Source: an uncultured delta proteobacterium (GTDB lineage: Bacteria > Myxococcota_A > Polyangia > Polyangiales > Polyangiaceae). Taken from it: 64,000 nt of DNA. The notes under the pieces were generated by a model. The model was not told where the DNA came from. It saw nothing but the letters and a program-made list of their open reading frames with translations, and made no database searches. Both the position numbers and the translations under genes were made by a program. Location: NCBI GenBank assembly GCA_963841435.1, contig CAWJCS010000001.1, forward strand, positions 320,001 to 384,000, in the 5' to 3' direction. This document shows, one piece after another, positions 57,578 to 64,000 of this stretch; the stretch's first letter is position 1; every line of letters starts with the position of its first letter.

Positions 57578-59209
57578 TCAGGGCCGGATGCTGGCTCGCC
57601 CCGTGATGCGTCGGAGCTGGAGCACCTTGAGCACGGTCGCGAAGAGCTCGGCGCAGGTTTCGTAGAAGTTCCCGTCACGGGAGCTGGCGGGGAGGACGGC
57701 GATGCCGAGCCACTCCGCGCCGCAGGTGAGCGGCATCACGAACGCGGAGCGGCCGCGCAGGTGGTCGAAGGCGCGTGGCATGAGCAGGTGCGCGTCGAAC
57801 TTTTCGAGCCGTGGCTCGAAGGTTTGGCGATTGAAGCCGAAGGCGAGCTTGAGCTCGCGCGGGGGGGCGTCGTCGTTGGAGCCGGCGGATAGCTCGGAGA
57901 CGGCGCATTCGTCGATGCCGAAGTGGGGCAGGTATTCCGCGATCGTCGCCGAGAGCTGCACCTGCGGTCCGAACATGCGCGTGTGCAGGAGGCGAGCGAG
58001 GCGGCTCAGGCGCTCGTGGATGAGGTCATCGCGCGACAGGCGCACGCGCGTTGCGATCTCGTCGGCCAGGCGTCGGCCCGCGTGCAGCTCGCCGCTGCCG
58101 TCGGACACGACCGCGCGAAGCAACGGCTCCAGGGCTCGGGCGAAAACCCCGGGGTGTCCCTCGACCTCGGCCGCGAGCGCGGCGAGCACGGTGTGCCCCG
58201 AAACCCGGTGAACGCCCTTGGGCGACCCAACGAGCTCGACCGAGGCCGCGAGCGGACCCGGACTGAGCGTTGGGACGCAGCCGCACGAGCGGCGCAGCAC
58301 GAGCTCGGTGGGGATCGTCATCGCGCCTTCGACCTCGAGCCCTTCGAGCTTGTCGAGCAGGCGGCGAGCGCCTTCACGACCGAGCTCCTCGAGCGGCTGG
58401 CGCACCGTCGTGAGCGGTGGATCGTAGACGCGGGCGACGGCGATGTCGTCGAAGCCGACGACGGCGACCTCTTCGGGCACGCCGATGCGACGCCGCACGA
58501 GCTCCTCGATGGCGCCGAACGCCATGTAGTCGTTCGAGGCCACGATGGCGTCGATGTCCTTGACCGAGACCTGCCGCGTGTCGAACAGGTGCTCGATGGC
58601 GCGCGCGCCGCTTTCCGCCGTGAAGTCGCCCTCGAGCACCAGCCTGGGATCTTCGGCGATGCCGTGCTCGATGAGCGCTCGCTGGTACGCGGCGAAGCGC
58701 CGCTGCGTCTCGACGTTCGGCCGGCTGCCGAGGATGAACGCGATGCGCCGATGGCCGTGCTGCTCGATGAGGTGCCGCATGAGCTCGGTGACGCCGCTCG
58801 CGTCATCGATGACCACCGTGGGCAACCGTTCGGCGGGACCGATGACGGAGACGGGGAGCTTTCGTTCCTCGAGCCACGCCTCCGTGGCCGCGACCCCCGC
58901 GTACTGCCCGACGACACTCGAGAGGCACAGCATGGCGTCCACGTTCGATGGGTCCAGAAGCTCGAAGACCTTGCTCCTCACGCGGCGCTCGGCGTTCGGG
59001 TCCCCGATGCCGTCCCCCGTGAAGCTCTGAACGGTGCCACCGCGCTCCTCCACCGCTGCTCTCACGCCGCGCCAGATGTCCCACTCATAGGCGTTGTTCA
59101 TGTACGCCGCGAGGAACGCGATCCGGGGTGAAGCGCCGGCCCCCGTTCCTTTCCGTGCTGACCCTGGCGACATCTCCTCAAAATACCCGAGTCCCAAGCG
59201 CGACACCAT
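57578..59209 (-). CDS. LacI-type sugar-binding domain protein lacking an HTH
   Basis: HGHRRIAFI, SNDYMAFG, VVGFDD, PPLTTVRQP, LVLRRSCGC. Confidence 0.8.
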   Translation of the reverse strand: MVSRLGLGYFEEMSPGSARKGTGAGASPRIAFLAAYMNNAYEWDIWRGVRAAVEERGGTVQSFTGDGIGDPNAERRVRSKVFELLDPSNVDAMLCLSSVVGQYAGVAATEAWLEERKLPVSVIGPAERLPTVVIDDASGVTELMRHLIEQHGHRRIAFILGSRPNVETQRRFAAYQRALIEHGIAEDPRLVLEGDFTAESGARAIEHLFDTRQVSVKDIDAIVASNDYMAFGAIEELVRRRIGVPEEVAVVGFDDIAVARVYDPPLTTVRQPLEELGREGARRLLDKLEGLEVEGAMTIPTELVLRRSCGCVPTLSPGPLAASVELVGSPKGVHRVSGHTVLAALAAEVEGHPGVFARALEPLLRAVVSDGSGELHAGRRLADEIATRVRLSRDDLIHERLSRLARLLHTRMFGPQVQLSATIAEYLPHFGIDECAVSELSAGSNDDAPPRELKLAFGFNRQTFEPRLEKFDAHLLMPRAFDHLRGRSAFVMPLTCGAEWLGIAVLPASSRDGNFYETCAELFATVLKVLQLRRITGRASIRP

Positions 59210-59267
59210 CGCTCCCGGATGGCGCGGTGCTCCGTGCGGAGTTGTGGTGTTAAACGGACCGGAGGTG

Positions 59268-59717
59268 ATGGTGGTGATGGGAGCGATAGTGAGGCTATCG
59301 AGGCGAAGCGTGGCGTGCCGCGCGGTGTATGCGGCGCCGGAGCTCGGGGCCTGCCCCGATGCGTTGAGCGGAATGGCGTGCCCGTACGCTTTTTCCTGCA
59401 CGAGCGGGACGAGCGAGGTCACCTATCATTGCGACGGCACCTGGTCCGTCAACGACGCGAGCTGCGCGTACAACGCCGATGTTTGCACGGAGGGTGACGC
59501 GCGGCTCACCTGTCTCGACGGCAACTGGAAGCCGGGCGGGTTCTCCGACATCGGCGTCTGCCCCGCGGAGCGACCGGAGGGTGAGCCGTGCGGGGGCTCG
59601 AGCTTCATCACGGAGCCGCCGTGCGGGTACGGGTGCGACGACGGGACGACGTGGACGGTTGCCGAGTGCGACTACGCGTCACGCACTTGGCACCTGGACG
59701 GTGCCTGCCCGAACTGA
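59268..59717 (+). CDS. Small cysteine-rich protein
   Basis: Repeated C-x-DG-x-W modules; start uncertain. Confidence 0.5.
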   Translation: MVVMGAIVRLSRRSVACRAVYAAPELGACPDALSGMACPYAFSCTSGTSEVTYHCDGTWSVNDASCAYNADVCTEGDARLTCLDGNWKPGGFSDIGVCPAERPEGEPCGGSSFITEPPCGYGCDDGTTWTVAECDYASRTWHLDGACPN

Positions 59718-59782
59718 GCAAGGCTCGAGGCGCTCGCTCACCTGGCCTGACGAAAGAGCGACCATGCGACTTGGGCCGCGGC

Positions 59783-59992
59783 TCAATGCTGTGACTGGCA
59801 GATGAGGCAACCCGCGCCCGTGCAGCCGGTGCGCTCGACGCAACTGCCGAGCTTGCCGGGTGCAATCTCGCAGGTCTGACCGAAGCGCTCGCAGTGCGTG
59901 GCCTCGGTGGAGGGCGCCGCATGATCAGTCTTGCCGGGGCACGCCGTGACGAGCAGGAGCGAGAGCAGCATGGGCCAGCGTCCGGGCGTCAC
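59783..59992 (-). CDS. Small Cys-rich lipoprotein
   Basis: LLVTAC lipobox; CERFGQTC..PGKLGSC...CQSQH. Confidence 0.6.
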   Translation of the reverse strand: MTPGRWPMLLSLLLVTACPGKTDHAAPSTEATHCERFGQTCEIAPGKLGSCVERTGCTGAGCLICQSQH

Positions 59993-60098
59993 GGCTCCGC
60001 TCTACTCCTGGAGCGGGAATCGCGCCACGAGGCGATTCGGTGCCTGGAGCGCGAAGGGGCTTCCCCGCGGCGAGCACCGGAGGGAAGATTGCGGAACC

Positions 60099-61133
60099 AT
60101 GACACGCTACGACAACATCACCGAGACCATTGGCAAGACGCCGATCGTTCGACTCCATGCGCTCGCGCCGGCCGGCATCGAGCTCTACGTGAAGATAGAA
60201 GCTGCCAATCCTGGCGGCTCGGTCAAGGATCGCCTCGCGCTCGGCGTGATCGAGGCGGCCGAGAAAGCTGGCGAGCTCAAGCCCGGGCAGACCGTCGTGG
60301 AAGCCACGAGCGGCAACACCGGTATCGGGCTCGCCGTCGTGTGCGCTCAGCGCGGCTATCCGCTCGTCATCGTGATGGCCGAGAGCTTCAGTGTCGAGCG
60401 CCGACGCGTCATGCGACACCTGGGTGCCAAGGTGGTGTTGACGCCGGCCGCGCAGCGCGCGAACGGGATGATGAAAAAGACGCTCGAGCTCGCGAAGAAG
60501 AACGGCTGGTTCTGGCCGCGTCAGTTCGACAACGAAGCCAATGCCGACATGCACACGCGCACGACGGCACGCGAGATCATGGCCGACTTTCCCGAGGGCC
60601 TCGACTACTGGGTGACGGGCTCGGGCACGGGCGGCACGTTGAAGGGCGTTTCTCGCGTGTTGAAGAAGGAATCGCCGAAGACCAAGATCGTGCTCTGCGA
60701 GCCCGACAACGCGCGGCTCTTCGCCACCAAGGAGCGTTTTCCCTGGCCCGCGGACGGCGCGACCATGGACACGCACCCGGCCTTCAATTCGCACCCCATC
60801 CAGGGTTGGACGCCGGACTTCGTGCCGAAGCTCGCCGAGGACGCGCGGCCCAACGTGGACGAGCTGGTGTTCGTGACGGGCGCCGACGGCATCGCGAGGT
60901 CGCGCGACCTTGCGCAGAAGGAGGGCATCTTCGTGGGCATCTCCGCCGGTGCGACGCTCGCGGGTGCGCTTCAAGTGGCGTCACGCGCTTCGTCGGGAAG
61001 TCGCATCTTGTGTATGTTGCCCGACACGGGCGAGCGCTATCTCTCGACGCCGCTCTTCGCCGATATCGCAACGGACATGAACGAGGAGGAGCTGGCGATA
61101 TCGCGGTCGACTCCGACCGCTCAGCTCGGCTGA
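60099..61133 (+). CDS. cysK: Cysteine synthase (PLP-dependent OASS family)
   Basis: NPGGSVKDR, EATSGNTG, QFDN, GSGTGGT, HPIQG, PDTGERYLST. Confidence 0.88.
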   Translation: MTRYDNITETIGKTPIVRLHALAPAGIELYVKIEAANPGGSVKDRLALGVIEAAEKAGELKPGQTVVEATSGNTGIGLAVVCAQRGYPLVIVMAESFSVERRRVMRHLGAKVVLTPAAQRANGMMKKTLELAKKNGWFWPRQFDNEANADMHTRTTAREIMADFPEGLDYWVTGSGTGGTLKGVSRVLKKESPKTKIVLCEPDNARLFATKERFPWPADGATMDTHPAFNSHPIQGWTPDFVPKLAEDARPNVDELVFVTGADGIARSRDLAQKEGIFVGISAGATLAGALQVASRASSGSRILCMLPDTGERYLSTPLFADIATDMNEEELAISRSTPTAQLG

Positions 61134-61191
61134 CGCGGCGTCCGCGGCGCGTCGGCGCGCGGCGGCGGGGCCGCATGCCGGCGAAACGGCG

Positions 61192-62352
61192 TCAGCGCCC
61201 GGGGCGCGGAGCGGCGTTCTTGGCGACGCGCTCGCTCGCGCTGCTGCGCGTGACCGAGACGTTGTATTCGATGCTCTCGACCTGGAAGCGGGCGTAGACG
61301 AAGCGCGCACCCTGCTCGTCGGTCCATACCGCGTCCGCCTGGGACACGGCGCGGCGGCCGCCGAAGGTGCCGTGAGCGCTCACGGGCGTCAACCAGCGCC
61401 GGCGCTCGTAGTGCTTGCCGTCCGCCGATAGGAAGCGATCGTCGGAGACGAAGTCGGCGAGGTCGCCGGCGGCGTCGAACACGAGCTCGGCGCGAATGGT
61501 GTGGCCCGCGTTCGTGAAGGTGCCGCGCAGCCGGTGCGCGTCGAGCGGCTGCCACTTCACGTCCACGCCGAGAAGGCTCGACGGCGCGAACAGGCACATG
61601 TCGTTGAACAGGGTGACGGTCTCGCTCTGATTCATCTCGGGCCCGCTCGCGTTCACGATATCGAACAGCGAAGCCACGCGGACCTGCATGGTGGCGGTCC
61701 CCCCGACGTAGCGGTGATACGCGGCGAAGGGCAGGCCGTTCACCGACGCACGCATCAGGAAGAGCCGAGCTCTGGGCGCGTAGAACTCGTACTGCTCGGC
61801 GCTCGCCTCCATGAACGCCGCGTCGGGGCTTCGCTTCATCGACGCCGAGAAGCGCGCGTGAAAGTCGCGCACCAAAGGACGGCCGACCGCTCCCGTCCTT
61901 TTGAGGTAGGTCGCGAGCAGCGCGGGGAGCGGGGCGAGGTCCGCGTCGGTCAGCACCGCTTCGCTCACGGGCCGCGCGAGGCCCAGCGCAGCGTCGGCCT
62001 CGTAGCGCGAACCGAAGCTGTTCGGGCGAAGCTCCAGCAGCGCGAGCGCGAGCGGTAGGGCGAGCACGAGGTTCGCGAGCGTGCCGAATTTCGCATCGTG
62101 CCACGAGCTGATGATGGCGACCTGGGACAGCACGAGCGCGGGAGCGGCGACGAGCACGAAACGCTCGCTGTCGAGCGCCACCGTGACGGCAGTCGCCAGC
62201 ATGGCGGCGGCCGCCAGAGCCCACACGACGCCCATGGAGCGCGCGATCGGTCGCGTCAGCCCGGCAAGCTCGGCGAGTCCGAAGGCCTTGAGCGGCCCGA
62301 GCAGGTGCACGAGCCCGTGAACGGCGAGCAGCACGACGAATGCGATCTTCAC
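61192..62352 (-). CDS. Membrane-anchored DUF6544-like hypothetical protein
   Basis: N-terminal TMs (HGLVHLLG...WHDAKFGT); SGPEMNQSETVTLFNDMC; FVSDDR. Confidence 0.7.
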   Translation of the reverse strand: MKIAFVVLLAVHGLVHLLGPLKAFGLAELAGLTRPIARSMGVVWALAAAAMLATAVTVALDSERFVLVAAPALVLSQVAIISSWHDAKFGTLANLVLALPLALALLELRPNSFGSRYEADAALGLARPVSEAVLTDADLAPLPALLATYLKRTGAVGRPLVRDFHARFSASMKRSPDAAFMEASAEQYEFYAPRARLFLMRASVNGLPFAAYHRYVGGTATMQVRVASLFDIVNASGPEMNQSETVTLFNDMCLFAPSSLLGVDVKWQPLDAHRLRGTFTNAGHTIRAELVFDAAGDLADFVSDDRFLSADGKHYERRRWLTPVSAHGTFGGRRAVSQADAVWTDEQGARFVYARFQVESIEYNVSVTRSSASERVAKNAAPRPGR

Positions 62353-62591
62353 GGGCAGGGTCCTTGGGGCGTCGTGTCTGCAAGGCGTGCGCCAGGCGTC
62401 GCGGCAGCTCCTTTCTGCCCGCTCGAGCCAAGCCCTCGTGGAAGCAACCGCAAGGACTGCCGCGTTTCGGCCCCGCTGCCGCAACGGGTGCGCGCCATGC
62501 GGCCCGCCCGCCGACCGCTGGGCCCCCGACACCGGGAAGACGCCGCGCGCGTTGACCGAGCCTTCGAGTTCACTATCATGGCGCGACCAGT

Positions 62592-62927
62592 ATGGCGGAG
62601 GGCAGCGAAACCAACGAACTTCCCGAGGATCTCCGTGCGTTCGCCGAAGAGCGCGTGAAAGAGGGTGAGTACGAGAGCATTGCGCACGTGACGCGCGCCG
62701 CTTTCGACTTGCTGATGCGTCGCCACGAAGACGCCGCCGCGGACGCCGAGGCCGAGGCGTCGGCCGCCACCACCCCCGAGGATCTCGGCGAGGTGTTTCG
62801 CGAGATGGAGGAGGCGATCACGGTCGATCTCCCCGACGACGCGAACGAAGCGGATGACGCGGAGCCCGTCGAACCGACCGACGACGAAGTCGTCGAAGCC
62901 GCTCCACCGACCGAAGTCCGCCGCTGA
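62592..62927 (+). CDS. ParD/ribbon-helix-helix-like protein with acidic tail
   Basis: ELPEDLRAFAEERVKEGEYESIAHVTRAAFDLL resembles ParD N-termini; C-terminal half very D/E-rich. Confidence 0.55.
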   Translation: MAEGSETNELPEDLRAFAEERVKEGEYESIAHVTRAAFDLLMRRHEDAAADAEAEASAATTPEDLGEVFREMEEAITVDLPDDANEADDAEPVEPTDDEVVEAAPPTEVRR

Positions 62928-63006
62928 CGCCGCGCGTTCGCGCGAGCTTGCCGGGCTTCGCGTGACCTGCAAAGCACCGCTATTGAGCGGGAGAACGAAG
63001 GATGGC

Positions 63007-64000
63007 ATGGTCGCCGTTCGTGTGATGGGGCCCAGAAGCGTCGTGGTCTGCTTGTGTTGCCTGCTGCCGGCGCGTCTGGCGCTCGCGCAGACGGACACGG
63101 TCGCGGCCGAGTCGCTCTTCCAGCAGGGTCGCTCGCTGCTCGAGGCCCGCAAGTTCGACGAGGCCTGCCCGAAGCTCAAGGAGAGCCTGCGCCTCGATCC
63201 GGCGACCGGCACGCTGCTCGCGCTCGCGCTCTGTCACGAGGCCCAGGGCAAGCTTGCCTCCGCCTGGGCGGAGTTCACCGATGCGGCCGGGCGCGCGCGC
63301 GGCGAGGGCCGCAAGGATCGCGAGGACGTCGCGAACCAGCACGCGAACGCGCTCTATCCGCGTCTCTCGGCCTTGACGATCGAGGTAGCTCCGGACGCGG
63401 CGGCCATCCCGGGCCTCGAGGTGCGGCGCGACGGCGTGCTACTCGGCCGCGGCGCGTGGGGCTCGAGCGTTCCCATCGACGGCGGCGAGCACGTCGTCGA
63501 CGTCACGGCGCCGGGCATGCAGCCCTGGCAAGGCAAGCTCAGCGTGCAAAAGGAGAGGGAGCCCGCGCGGCTCGCGGTGCCGGCGCTGGTCCCGGTGCCC
63601 GCCTCCGCGCCGGTCGTTGCGGTGGCGCCGGTGGCCGAGCCGATCGTTGCCGCGCCGGTCGCTCCGTCGGCCTCGGCGCCGCCACCCGAGCGCGATCGCG
63701 GTGGCTCTGGCTTTAGCACCTTGCAATGGGCGGGCGCGGGGACGGCGCTCGCGGGTGCCGCGACGGCGGGGGTTGGCGGCTATTTTCTGCTGGCGGCGCT
63801 CGACAGCAAGTCCGCGTCGAAGGACCACTGCGACCCCGCCAACTACTGCGACGACAAGGGCTTTACGGCGCGAGATACCGCCGTGTTCCGCGGCAACGTC
63901 GCGACCGTGCTCTCGATCGCGGGCGGCGTGCTCGTCGCCGGCGGTGTCACGCTGTTCTTCGTCGGGCGCTCGTCGTCGCACGCGGCGGCGGCCGGACAGC
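63007..64000 (+). CDS. Exported TPR + PEGA-like protein, 3'-partial (paralog of 44636..45673)
   Basis: Manual translation: AESLFQQGRSLL..KFDEACPKLKES.RLDPATGTL; PIDGGEH; runs off the right edge. Confidence 0.8.
   Translation, partial: MVAVRVMGPRSVVVCLCCLLPARLALAQTDTVAAESLFQQGRSLLEARKFDEACPKLKESLRLDPATGTLLALALCHEAQGKLASAWAEFTDAAGRARGEGRKDREDVANQHANALYPRLSALTIEVAPDAAAIPGLEVRRDGVLLGRGAWGSSVPIDGGEHVVDVTAPGMQPWQGKLSVQKEREPARLAVPALVPVPASAPVVAVAPVAEPIVAAPVAPSASAPPPERDRGGSGFSTLQWAGAGTALAGAATAGVGGYFLLAALDSKSASKDHCDPANYCDDKGFTARDTAVFRGNVATVLSIAGGVLVAGGVTLFFVGRSSSHAAAAGQ

Overview
High-GC window that looks myxobacterial (Polyangiaceae/Sorangium-like, inferred from gene content). Bases 1-21.3 kb hold a complete type 2 BREX/Pgl anti-phage operon on the minus strand: an unknown leader gene, pglW, pglX, [DUF3883 nuclease, mini-pglY relic, AlbA_2/Schlafen-GHKL protein], pglY, pglZ, brxD and brxHI (runs off the left edge). 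pglX carries a dense cluster of frameshifts in its compositionally atypical central part, and the pglX-pglY junction looks like a cargo hotspot marked by decayed copies of the pglY start. Bases ~21.5-34.6 kb are an accessory patchwork: a caspase/DUF4384 pair, DUF4236, a minimal K+ channel, MFS, DoxX, a SEC-C protein, DUF1801, orphan antitoxin-like genes and truncated nucleotidyltransferase and Uma2 relics. These are interspersed with short duplicated gene fragments and oppositely oriented (TTCACC)n-like tracts. Bases 34.6-64 kb encode Gly-linker surface lipoproteins (EGF/RCC1, GH43-ricin, BNR), an FHA-sigma54 activator/Ser-Thr kinase/TPR-PEGA/Cys-rich module, an ECF sigma/anti-sigma pair, a beta-CASP nuclease, a VOC protein with a histone-H1-like tail, DUF924, cysteine synthase and others. 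I recognised no rRNA, tRNA, CRISPR array, integrase or transposase. Several single frameshifts are probably sequencing indels. All family assignments come from motif recognition by eye; no database search was run.
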